From Marsupella aquatica (Eukaryota; Plantae; Marchantiophyta): DNA of 64,000 nucleotides. The translations under genes and the position numbers were made by a program. Below the pieces are notes generated by a model that had not been told where the DNA came from, searched no databases, and was given only the letters and a program-made list of their open reading frames with translations. The stretch covers positions 10,489,525-10,553,524 of the forward strand of contig OZ316896.1 in assembly GCA_973895155.1 (NCBI GenBank), written 5' to 3'. This document shows, piece after piece, positions 37,901 through 50,800 of this stretch (position 1 is its first letter; each line of letters opens with the position of its first letter).

Positions 37901-38759
37901 GGGTTGCCAAAACTGGGTCTATTTATAGTACATTTGAAGGTTCAAATGCACGATTTGAGCAATGGAGGAGTGTTGTATATGCACGTCTATTTGTATTGTT
38001 TGGGGAGCATCAACCACCAAAGCCCTGGAGATGCTCAAAGTTGGAAGGTACCATACCACAGTGCCATGCATCAGCACTAAATTCTTGTAATTTTGCGTCT
38101 TCCTTGGACCAGTCACACAACTTTACACTGTCAATTAACCTAAACCATGAGTTATACTACAGAACTAGAGACTATGCAGCATCAAGATACTACAATATAG
38201 AATTTTACTTTTTCTCTATCATGTATGAAATGTCATTTTGAAGAGAAGTCCCCCTTAGATATTAGATTATGGTGAAGTTTTTGCCTAAACACATTACTCT
38301 CCCCACAGCTTGCACACTTGCTGAAATCCAAGTGCCATGACGAATGCCTACTCTTGACAATCCTCAGCCGCCTTTGCCCTCTCACTTACGCTTGACAAAA
38401 TTTACACACACTAGACATCATCATTGACACTACTCTGCAATGCAAGGGCAATGGGTCAGTACAAAATCTTACAAGTAATTTGAAGTAGAAACTTACTTTT
38501 ATGGCCTAAGTCTAGAGTGAACAATCTAGACCAGAACTGTACCTACGTGGTTCAATTTTGGGGTTGCAGGGAATAGGGACAATGAGTGCCAAAAATCATG
38601 ATTCTATTTTTTGCAAAGTTTTCTGTACTTGCCTATGTTTAGGAATAGGATAATCTCCTGGTTAGAGGGCATTATAAGATATAATGCCCTGAAAAACCAG
38701 GGCAGCAGCCCAAGTTTTGAGGGCATTATTTTCATAATGATGGTAACTAGGACATTAAT

Positions 38760-39125
38760 GTGCGTAGAACTTGAGTGATTTTTTGGTAACAAACAAGAAA
38801 ACTGCTAGTAGGGAGGAAGGGGAGGAGGCCGGGCCAGGCAGGCAGGGAGGAGGGGAGGAGAGCTGGAACGGGGGAGGAGGGAGGAGGCTGGGTCCAGGGC
38901 CGGGTGAGGGGAGGGGAGGGGAGGGGCCGGGTGCCAAGCAGGGCCGGGTCCAGGAGGGGAAGACAGGCAGGGTCCGGGATGAGGCCGGATTTTGGCCGGG
39001 AAGAGTTTGGGCCGGGCCGGGGAATAAGTGTGAATATCCATCAAATAGGGGCATTTTAGTCCGGCAAATCCCGATTTTACGTGCAGGGCAAGTCGGCAAG
39101 TTGCCCATCACTTCAAACCGGGTAA
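38760..39125. repeat. Dispersed repeat family C with an extremely G-rich core; inverted homolog at ~61535-61810
   Basis: The reverse complement of 38990-39120 (gtttgaagt...atattcacacttattccccggcccggcccaaactcttccc) matches 61539-61630 (gtttgaagt...atattcgcctatattccccgaccgatcccaaactctccc). Confidence 0.6.
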
Positions 39126-39240
39126 AAGTCTTTATGTGATTTTTCATTTACTTCCAAATATGGGTACTCTGGCTAGTGCTATTCAATTATCCATAGCAAC
39201 AAGTCGAACAAAGTTCTTGCGTTTTGTCAGGGAGGAAGGA

Positions 39241-39610
39241 AACGCACCACAATCTTTTCTCACTTGAAATTGGGTCAAACTAAAAAAAAGCAAGAGAGTG
39301 AGGAGGTAACAGGACACGTGTTCCAATGTCACCCATTGGGCAAAGGGCTATGGCGGTTTTTGGGTGGGGAGCGACAAAAGGGGGAAGGAAAGGCACCACA
39401 GTGTTTTCTCACTTGAAATGGGGCCAAATCTTTAAAAAAGAGAAGGCAGTGAGGACACGTGTTCCAATGCCACGTGGTGGACGACTGGCTTGGGCGGTTT
39501 TGAATGGTGAGTGGCAAAAAAGGGGGGGGGGGGAGTGGAACTTATTTGGTACTTACCAGCCAAGCCTGTTGGCAACACCAGCACGTGTCTCTTTGACATT
39601 GCATTAAACC
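39241..39610. repeat. Dispersed repeat family D (internal tandem duplication); inverted copy at ~44600-44810
   Basis: ttctcacttgaaat.ggg.caaa...gtgagga...ggacacgtgttccaatg.cac occurs at ~39256 and ~39406. Its reverse complement is at 44715-44800, and 39545-39606 matches 44601-44660 inverted. Confidence 0.75.
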
Positions 39611-42600
39611 TTCATTAGCCATATAAAATGGGAAGTGTAGCTGTGTAGTGTTCAAGACATTTCCATTTTTCATTTTATTTTCATTTATCTTCTATTCTAT
39701 ATTGCTCCACAAATTCAAGAAAATACATTATTTATGGTCTGACTGGGTGTAACCAGGTTTTCCTCATGGCTAGTGGTGGTTAAGAATGCATACCTTGGGT
39801 ATTGTTTCTATCTGTAAGAATGGCCCTAAAAAACGTTTGGAAACAATTTTACTGCAAGCCAACATGAAAGTGGCCTTTGGGGGAAGTAAATCATTATCTT
39901 GCAGCTATTTTTGCCCCTCAGAAAAAACGCCAGTCAAATATATGAAGACGGGGACAACATGCCCCAAATGGGACATCATTCAAAAAGAGGGTGGCTTGCA
40001 CAAAACTATCAAACCGTGAGGTTGGCATGCAATTGTTGTAAACAGAGAAGATGTTGCCTTTTGGGTCCATAGACAATGATCTTTCAGCTTTTTCAGAAGA
40101 TGAAAACTGGTGCTTCAATTCCCCTAGGTGCCATCTTGCTGCAGTTGAGTCCTCCATAGTGTCATCACAGTCTGGTGAACCCACTGACGCGAAGAAAAAT
40201 CATGGCAATCTGAATGGACAATTCCTCCCTTTGGGCAGAGAATTTTCTTGGTCGTTCCAAAAGCGTAAGGAAAGATAAAAGCTTAGAGAAATTTTGAAAT
40301 TTTGAAATTTTGTGTTTGAATGATGACCCACAATTGTTTTCAACCATGTTCGTCTTCTCCTCTTAGGTCGCCAGCCCCTATCCAATCTGTGGGTGTGGCA
40401 ACGTGGGTGAAGGTGTTTGGTCCCTTTTCCAAATCAAAATCAAATTCTCTCTCACCAATTAAAACAAATTTAGCTAGCCAAGCGCCAACACAAAGAGACC
40501 ACATGGCAGTGCTTCATTGGATGTGAAAATGGAAATTTTTGTCTCTTTTGTAGATATCCTTTTCATTCTGTTTTAACCTTACATATACCTGGGAGTAGGT
40601 CATCTGGCCTCTACAGAAGACACGTGTCTGGGCGTGGTGTGGGGCAAACTCAAATAATCCTGCTACTACCCTGGGCTACAATTAGGCAAGTTTTGGGTTT
40701 CTAGGGCAAGACTGAGATGGGCTCCCCTATAGGCGTCCCAGCCAATGGGAGGTGCCGGGCTTCCCTCTTTTTCTCGTCAGAGAATATATTAGATATTGAA
40801 ATATTTTGGTTTGGGATAATATCAATTTTTCTGATTGTCGAAACCCCCTCAGCTCTAGTATCTGGGGGGGCTTAACTAGAGCGTCACTTAATCACAGTAA
40901 TGGTTGTTATTCTTTGATGACACTAAAGGCAATGAGCACTGGGAAATGCACAGAGCTACTTTGTTGTGGCTCTTTAGGTGCCCAGCCCTTTGGCGCTTTT
41001 GCCTATCTGTTTCCTCTTTCCTCTGGTTTGGGTGGCTTTAGTCCCCTTGCTTGGTTTAGCATCTCCTTTCTGGGAGGGAATTGTTTTTTTTTTAAATGAG
41101 CAGAGTTACGTATCATGACCTCTGTACAATCCTGGAGTGCATCGAGGAATTGTTTGACATTGTCGCGTTCCATGCAAATGTCGTTCCACTACAGTGACTA
41201 GAGCAATCCTGTGGATGCTGAACAAAGGAGTTGCCATCTATTTCATCAACCTCAGGCGTCAGGCGGCACTGTATTGCATGACTGCGTATCAATCAACAGA
41301 CCAGCAGACCTGAATCTCTGTGAAGTCTTTTTTCTGCTACGGGTGCCATAACGTACAATCATGAACTTTGTACCGGTGCGCTCACATTTGTGGACAGCTT
41401 TCGCCGTTCTCCTTTCCCGATCCTCGTCGGAGAGTCGGAGACGGAGACAACCCTTAAAATAATGCTTGCTTCGAGATTTCTCCTGCACTTTGCATGAGGT
41501 ACACTAGATTCTGCCTGCTTCGGACTGTCCGCGCCGCCGTCCCATTCAAACAGTATTACGACTTTACAACCACCCAAGATATGTCCTTACACGCTTGTTT
41601 CCATGCAGAACAGGATTGAGCTTCTGTATTTGGTACGGTAGTTCGCGGTCTCTGTTAGCTGTGTAATCTCGTGTAAAAGTGTTACGTGATGGGTATGATT
41701 TTTGTGTTTTTGAATATCCGGAGTACAGTAGATTTAAAGGATCAGGTCTACGTACACCGTGTGAGTGTGAATGATGAGCATCTGAGCTGCACAATACCGC
41801 CGTCAATTGGTTCCTCATCGCTCCGAGGTACAGGACTCTGAGCTCGCATGATCTACCTATTCCCGAAGAATTCATCTACGGTTGGATGCCGTTTCGCTTG
41901 TCGTGCCTGTCAAAGATGGCTCCATGCGAAGCACCGATAACCTTCAGTCCCCGTCAAACGGTCAAACGATGAGGTTCGTACATTGTACAGTAAAACAGGC
42001 CGGACAGACAAGTACGAATGGCTGGATAATGAAAATAGAATTGAATCATGCTGCACGAGTGCTCACAAGGCTGCAACTCTGCAAATGACTGCAACTCTGC
42101 AATTCTGCATGTGAGGATTTCATGGTTTCGGCCTCTCGACTGCTGCATGTCTGCGTCCCTCCTTGAATACCGACGGATAGAGGTGGACGAGAAGATATTG
42201 TACCTGTCTGAGATTTTAGTTACGGCATAAAGTGGGAGAGGACACGATTCAGAAGGAGTGAAGACACTGCAGTCTGCAGGGATGAGGTCTGGAGAAGGAA
42301 TCAAAGGAATCAGGCACATGGTGTGCGAGACAGTCGATTTGAAACACCGGGAAAGGATTACAGCAGTTGAATGGTTGCTCGTTCCACTCATCAGTTCTCG
42401 TCATTCTGAGTGAGGACTGGTCCCGCCCGGCTGTGTGCTGTACTGCAGTGCACTGATGGGAATTATTCCCCGTGAACTATTGTACGAGGATTGAATGCGT
42501 AGGCTCATTTGCTCATCATTTTGCTTGGCAACCAGGTCGCGAGATGTTGCTGCATCATTGTCATTCTGCACCACTGTTTGTACACAATATTATTCTGTCC

Positions 42601-45600
42601 CCACGCCGCCTTGTCAAAACTTAAGATCAAGGCAGGAGCTCTCCCAACTTGATCCTCCGCTAACGTCGTTGCAGAGGAAGATTGTATGAAGTTTCCCGCT
42701 CCATCTCTTTCATTTCAAAGTGAGCGCAAATACTACGCGAGCCTAATCTGGAAACTTACAGTGACCATCCGTCGCTTTGTGACCAATCTTTTGCAGGATC
42801 AAAATCGAATTCCAATGATCATCCTCGACTGTCACACGGCCCAAAATTCAGATTAAATTTGCATCTCCTGGTGAATCAGTATCAGTTCTAAAATCCTGCT
42901 CAAGCTACACACTACAGTCGTACCTCTAAGTGCACACTCCATAAGTGAAAACCCTGGCTAATTGCAAGGTGTACTGTCCTTCCTTCTTCTTCCCATGAAG
43001 TGCAAAGACCAATAATGAAATGGCCAGAAAGGCTTCCTGGATTTCATAAATAGACCATGGGAAAGAAACGCACTATTGGATATTATTCAGATCCCAAATC
43101 TGTTTTCAAGTGCACCTTATGAGCGTTGGTCTACATGTAAATTGGGTCCTGGGCGTCCTGACATGAGTGCTGGTTTGCGTCAATTCAGAAAATGACTATA
43201 ATTATATTGTGGAGCATATAACTGCAGTGTCGTATTGTTGGTCATAAACTACCCATAACTCAAGTTTTATCATTAGGCAGACAAAGCGTGCCTAATTGTT
43301 GTTCTTCTTGACTTCCCCGCCGAATGTCTGTGTGGACTATAGTAACTATGATTTGCCTATTCAGGTTGTTTCTTGTCTTGGCTCTCTGACATTCACCTCA
43401 TCATTCAATCGTTGAAACACGATTTGGAAGACTTTGCCTTAACCAGGTAGTCCCTTGTGCTGGCTTTTTGCCACTCACCCTAATTGGTTCTCGAGGCACA
43501 TTGATGTTTGGGCTAATCTTGGGTAATCACATTATGGTGCTGTCATGGTAGGTACTGGATACCAGCGTAGTTTTAATTTATTTTTTAATACTTTTCACCA
43601 CGATGACCGATGTCCCCTTGTGTGAGAAGAGGAGATGCTAGGAAGATTTTTTAATCTATTTTTCATTTTGAATATGTCTTGCTGTTAGATCTCCCTAGAT
43701 TTCAGAATAGCTGTCAGATTCAGACTAATGGGGTCTTTGTGCAGATGGGAAACTGGCAAATCTAAGAGAAAAAACCTAAGGCCAGTGAAGACTTCCAGTG
43801 AGGTGAAATTTGACAAATTTTTGCCACAATAGAAAACACTGCTGCCTATTACCACAGGGACAATAAGGTTAGCTTAATTAAACTAGATTGGTCACTGAAA
43901 CATCAGTCCGTAACTAAGTATTGAAATCTAGTGAATTTTTTTACAATGCATACTTGTAAGATTCTAAATATTTTAATGTAAAGCATTTCTTTATCAGGAT
44001 ATACAGTTGTTTTTTAAGGTGAAAAATTCAAAGAAATTAGTTATTGCGTTGCGCTAGAATTTGAACCAAGAAAACATTAACTTTTCCAGCAGAGCAAGCA
44101 CAAACTTGATAGTACGTATGGTACCCGGTCTTGTTGGACTCCCATGAATTTTTTGCATGACTAATAAGTGGTTAGCAGCCACTTTGACAGTTGACACAGT
44201 CCTTCTAATTTATAGTTAGGACTGCCTTTCTAATCAATTACACACTACTTGCTATGAAATACACATAATTACGCGTGGCGAGTGGAAAGACTCTTTTCAA
44301 TTAGTATTGTTCCTCGCAATTATTAAGTCATTGTGGAGCACAGAAGAATTCGAGCTGGAGACTAGCTGGAGTGAAATCCGGTACATTAACCAGTGGCATA
44401 GGAGACTCAGCCTAATGCCCTCACATTTTGCTTCATGACCTAATGCGACTTGTAATGTCCTACAAAATTTCATTCCAGACTTGGTCAGTTAATTTATTTA
44501 TAAGGGGCTAGGCCCGCTTGCAAAAACTTTCTCTCCAATAATGTTTTTAATTAAGGTGCCACTTTCTAGGAGAGCAACAACACCGAAGATATGCTTTCCC
44601 AATGCAGTGTGAAGGAGACACGTGTTGGTCTTCCCAGCCAGCTTGGCCGGTTACTTAAACAAATTTTAGTTTTGAGGGCCCACATTATTTTGCCGCTCAC
44701 CACGTGTAGACCACGTGACATTGGAACACGTGTCCAGTTGCCTCCTCACTCGTTAGCTTTTTTAATAGTTTTGCCCAATTTCAAGTGAGAAGAAGATTGT
44801 GATGCCTTTTCTTCCTCTTTTTGCCCTGAAATCCAGCTGGACCATAGAAAACAGTTATGAATATAATTAGTACTTGTCATGGGGAGGTGAAAGGGCGGCA
44901 AGAGAAGAAAGAAATGCTGGCTCCCACATGCAAGATACACTAATCAGAGACTTATCAGAGTCTACCATGTCTTAGTGGAGGCTCCCAGGAACACACCCAA
45001 GCCTGCAGTTATTCATGGTAAGCACTTCCCAATGAGTGCGGGGAGTTAACTTATGCACTTCTGGGTATGTGAATAATTGCAGGACTGCAACACATGCCAT
45101 GCCGTTCGACTATTTAGAGAAAAAAATATGAGGGCTTGGTGACCTCCACCCTAAGCCTCCATGCTCTATGTCTTGCCCTTTCAACCACTCAGAGTTTGGG
45201 TTCAGCCAATGCAACCTGGAATTGCAATGATGTGAACCCACACCTACCTTGCACCCACCACCCTCATACAACTCTTAACAAAGTGGATAAGTGCATCTTG
45301 GCAAGCTCTAATCAATAAAAGCACTTTGTGTGCTCCCTGCAGTAACTGATAAATGCACATACATATTTGTGCAATTAGACATGGTGGACTCTATCGTCCT
45401 GGACAAGACATCTATTACAACATGGGGGTCCTGCCTCCCATCTGCCCCTCTCCCTTGTTGCAAATGAGGTTCACCAAAACATTTCCTTGTGTAAAGACAG
45501 GCCCAGGTATAACTTGGGATTGAGGTTGATCAAAGCTTCTTTGGATTAGCTATCTGAGCTTGTGACCCTAGAGTTGACATTGAGCAAGCTCTAACCCCAG

Positions 45601-46139
45601 GACAAGCGTGGACAAGGGCTGGTCGGGCAGCCGATTAGCCGAACCCACTATCATCTCATCATTGCAAAGTCCAGGAATGCTCGTCCAAAATCAAGATTGA
45701 TGGTGTGAATTCAGGATGAAAATTCCTGGGAAACTCATTTACTGTTGCCCATTGGGTCCCGCCATTCAAGGTGGCCCATTATTGTGGGATGCCCAATGCG
45801 AATAGAAGGTGTATGTCTTCACATTTCCATACTCTACCTACGGTGTGCAGATCCACACAAGTGCAAAGTTTGCTTGACATTGGTTGTCTGAGAAAGCATA
45901 ACCTAGTAGAAGTAGTCTTCATTGGAGCAGGTGAGATAGCTTCATAAATCTACCAGTTCTTTTGCACAAACCCCCATCCAAAGTGGGGTTCGCCAAAGCA
46001 CTTTGCACACAAAAGATTTGATAGTTGGAAAATCTCTAGGTCACTTTTATATCACATATATGGAACAGGCAGGTGGACAATATCTAAGAGCGGGGCCCAA
46101 AGGATTGTAATAAATGATTTTTCCAAGAACCACTACATG

Positions 46140-46805
46140 CATTGGTGTGAGATTTCTATTAGCAAAGAGTGAGAAATTTTCCACCTGGCAGATATTGTAG
46201 CTTGCCTTGTAGGGCCATTGCAGAATAGCTTATTGGTGTGAGGACTCTGTTACCATAGAGTGAACATTTTGCCACCTGGCAAATATTGTAGCCTGCCTTG
46301 AGTGCCATTGCAGAATAATTTTTGACAATTTGGCATTTTTCGTTTGGGAAATCTGGGCCAATTTTTATTTATATATAATGGTAGGGGGGACCGCTCTGGA
46401 GGAAAGTATGCAGCATGCTTAGATGTCCTTACCTTTATTTCTCCGCCCCCCTTAGTTTACTGAAATCTCTAATGGAGCCTCGAAGTAAACAAAAAGTATG
46501 CAGCATGCTCGAAGGTCCTTACCTTTATTTTTACTGAAATCTCTATTGAACTCACGAAGTAAACAAAAAGTATGCAGCGCGCTTGAATGGCACCTTTATA
46601 TACTAGCGCTAGTCATAATATATAGTTTCAAAAAGGATTGAGATTGAAGCTATTAAGTAAACCAAACTTAAGCAGTAAAGCGAACGCAAGATGCCAGAAA
46701 AGACGACAATATAATACTACGAGGGATTGAGATTGAAGCCACGAAGTAAGCAAAAAAGTAACAGGTACTAAAAGCAAACGCAACATGGCAGAAGAGACGA
46801 CACCA
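46140..46805. repeat. Cluster of short tandem duplications downstream of the Pol eta gene
   Basis: ccacctggca.atattgtagc occurs twice (46181, 46272), aaagtatgcagc three times (46403, 46493, 46567) and ggattgagattgaagc twice (46634, 46724). Confidence 0.7.
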
Positions 46806-47826
46806 GTCCACTTTCTTTGGAAGATAACGTATGGAGTAACGTCAAAATGGGAAGGTGACGAGAAACCTTCCAAACGCTCTTGTTCCAGTGTGCCTGGTCT
46901 GCAAGTCAGCAACTCACTCAAGATGCGGAACAAATGTCAAACATGGAGAAGAGGACTCTCTTGCTCAAAATTCGAGTTTCCAAGAGTCTTCCTAAAAGAC
47001 TTATCCACACTACAAACGCCATTTATCTACCCTTCATCCTGTGGGTTTGATTCGCATCGCCCATTTTCATGAACACTGCCATCTCAGAGTATATTTTCCT
47101 TGGAACATACATTTAGATTGGACAAAAGCTACTGTAGGTGAGGCTTCGTTATAACAGACAAACCGCATCAGTGAAAGAAGCAATGGTGTCCAAAAGTTTA
47201 TCGTTGGATAACTGAGCAAGTAGAGGGCACTATATGATTTGAGCTCGGGTCATTGGGCAAACTGAGCTCCACACTTGTGTGCCTTTGAACCCATGGTCCA
47301 AGGGTCTCTGGTGGAAATTGCTTCCTTGTAATTGCAGCATTGACACAAAATAGACCCTGTTGAATGCCAGATTATGTGAGGGCCCATCCTGTCATTATAC
47401 ACATGAGATAATATTTACAGTGTTGAAAAGTAAGGAGGCATGTGTTTTTTTACATGGATTCCTAAGATAGCCATTTCAAGATTCTCATCTGTCACTCAAA
47501 CGATCGAGTTGTTCTTGTTTTCAGAGTGAAAAACCAAATGAATCAAGCTGGGGCATCCTTTTCGGTGATTTCATGTATCCTTTCGGAACTTCGGTGGTTC
47601 TTTCAGTCTAACGTTGTCAAGGAGACTAAGAGACTAACGCCTTCTCAGGTTCACGTTACAAACGCAAGACAATTGTGAGCATAAGCAATCTGGTATGAAG
47701 ACTTCCGCGCAATGCATGTACAACTTTTCTTTCAGAAGACGCAAAAGAAGGTTTAGTGTCCACTTTCGAGCAAGGACTAGCTTTTCTAAATGTACTGGAA
47801 GACTCTTTACTGCAAATTATGTGTTT

Positions 47827-50800
47827 CTAAGGTGGCTTCCCCTCGGCTCGGAAGAACTTTCCAATAGACTGCTGGCCCGCTACCGAGGTTGACTGTCGAG
47901 GTCGTTTCACAGGATTACTAGAAATCTGCCGTCTACCTTGCTTTTCAGAAGTCGGAGCATGTGCAGCAGAGCGCTGAATGTCTGCTAAAATCCGCATCTG
48001 TTCCTTCAAATCCACCTTTCCAAGGCCCGTGGCCTCTAGATTGCTACTGCCAAAATTTTCTTCTCGTTCTGAAGTCGTAAGTTTAGTAGGTTTACTATAA
48101 CCATCAGACCCTGTGGATGTTCCTTCTTGGTTGGTGGTTCTCACATTGTTCCGTATGATGTCTTCATTCACAGCTAAGCGTCTTTTGCCTCGAGTGGGGC
48201 GAGAAAATTCATCTGAATCTTCTATGGAGCCATCTGAACTCATGCCATCATTCCCTTCTTTAGATTGCTGGTCTGCAGCCTCCATATTTCCAAGTTTGGG
48301 AGGTCCATCTGCCATATCCTTGAATTGAGGAGCAATATCAAGTTGTACATCATCATCGCCCGTAGAGCTGACATGATGCAGGAATTTCATGATTCCTTTT
48401 TGTTTGCCTTTGGGTTTGTCTGAAGTTGTTTCTCTGGAGTTGGATTTCTGTTTCGTTGGTGACAATGTCGTTTCTGATGTCCCTGCTCCAGTATTTGAGA
48501 AGAAGCTTTCAATAGATTTCGTCCCCTGAAATTCAACCATAGCAACAAATATGAGTGATGTACAGAAATAAAAGCGACGCAAACAAAACCGGCCGTGAGG
48601 ACTTTGTATACTCAACGACAATGGAGTACAACTAACTCGATCTCACAGGTGAGCATTCCTAATATTGGCAACAGCTGAGCATAAATGTAGAAATACAGAA
48701 AGGTACAAATGTGTGGCAACTTCTGGAAAAATCTTGCTTGTTAACAATACCTGTGCACCGAGGTCCTGAAAACCACTTGCAGCAAGTGCTAATCTAGTGC
48801 ACGGAAAAGTCCCTTCCAGTCGCTTGAACATATTATAAGCCGCATCTTCCAAAACTCTCGCTAGAGCTTTTGACTTTTCCGTTACCACCACACCAAGAAC
48901 CTCTGTATGATCTTCAGCAAGATCTTCAGCTACAGCCGTATCAAAGTGCTCACTGCGTTGGACTTCAACCCCCGGCAAACTAGGATCATCTTCTACTGAG
49001 ACCACTGTATGTTGCTGCTCATCGTCAAGTGGTGGTTCCTTCAAGCGCCCCATCACCTCAGCTGTCTGGTGAGAGGATAATGAACTTAAAGAGAGTAAAT
49101 TCAGGACACCATGAGGCATGGACCATGACTTGCTATGATCTTTTGCGTGCTTGAACCCACCAGAGCGATAATAAAGCTGTAGGAGGCGGGGATGTCGGTT
49201 GTTTTGCTGGAAGTCTCTTAGCATTCGCACAGACAATTCCTCTGATAGTATCCCCAACCATTTCCTGATCATGAACATTCAACCACTCGTCAACAGAATA
49301 AAATATTGAAGTAAAAGGCTTAAACTAACCGACAGTAAGGCCTTCGTGCACAAGTCTAGCTATTATTATCCCTGGTCATGATCAAACGTTTGTCAGGGTT
49401 TTAAGAGCCGTGCCGAGTTAATTTCTTGGTTTGGCTTGGTGAATATGCCTGCAAAGCTTCTATAATCCAGAAGAAAGCCAAGCGGAGTGTAGATATTCAT
49501 GATGATTCCCAAGTATAACTCATAAATCATTAAAAAGATCAGACAGAATCCTGGCACAAATTCGGTCCAATGGGACATTAAGGTCAGAAAGTAGAACAAA
49601 ACTACGAGAGAAACTCTGCAATCTTCAATGTCTAGTTCACCAGAAAGAATATTATGTCCGAGTTTACCTTATGTCTGACAGTTCCTTGATTGGGGAAAAA
49701 GACTTTGCAGCCAACATGGATTTTGGAACCTGCTTCGCTTGGACTGGAAAAGCAATTCAAGAAAGCTTAGTTTTATGATATACCCAATGAAGCAAATTTA
49801 AACCCTAGATTGCATATAACAACATCTCGACTGCCTACGGAAGTAAATACTTTTCATTACCAGTGATTTCAAAATTTAGTCAACTGTAGGTGTTCATACA
49901 AAGTGTATCTTTTCCACCACAGAAACTAGTTGAGAACTCTCTAAACTGAGACATGTACGTCACATTTAATACGTCGCTAAGTCAATGGGTACGTAGAAAT
50001 GCAGGCCCTCTTCTTTCCAGAAAATGTGATTTCTACTCGATAGGTGGAAACCTTGATCGGCTTGGATGCCACGAACTGCATTCCACACGTAGTTGCCTTG
50101 CCGTTCACCAAAAGAGCTCACCAACGTTGTAAGTGACAGTGCTTGTACCTCACCGGCCGTTGAAAGGCCCCACTTCCGAGTCAGCTCCTGCAGAAAACCA
50201 CCTTCAATGTAAAGCCACTTAACTTCAAAAGCATGGCCAGCCCTTAAACGATCTTAACTGTCATACCAATCTAGCAAAATAAAACCTTCCATAAACGTAA
50301 GATTACAAACTACTCTTTTAAACAATTTCTCTCCATCTCCTTCAATCTCAACAGACGCCTGTCTAGATTTATAAACAAAGTCAAGTCCCACAAGTTTAAG
50401 GGAATCCTTTTGAAGGGTAGCACATGGCTTTGGCACGTCATTTGAGGGACAATGCTGAATACAAAGACCATACCTCTCCAAGTTTTCCACCCAACAACCT
50501 CATCTTTTTCAAAGGCATTGTCTGCATGAGACCTTGGACTGCTCGAGGAGGAATCTACAATCGCATAACGGACAGGACAACCAGGCAAAAGAAAGTCAGA
50601 AAAACATTTGTACACGATAGTGATTGACTGCTGGTCCTGTTGATAACAAGGCCAGGAGTGCAATTAATAGTCACAACACTACTGGATAGAATCAATGGTA
50701 AAATGTTGAGTCGTGAATGGACTCATTCCCAAGTTTAATCAGAATGTGAAACAAGTAATGGCTTAGTTGTCTGCAAATAAGCTCCGTCGTGGAAAGGGCG

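Noticed and set aside
38755-39147. Pro-rich and Gly-rich ORFs on both strands
   Set aside because: They are low-complexity translations of the G-rich repeat.
41250-43860. Conserved plant miRNA or snoRNA genes
   Set aside because: By eye I found no match to the mature miRNAs I recall (156, 160, 166, 171, 319, 390, 408, 529, 535, 536). The C/D-like words near 41770 are too close together to form a snoRNA.
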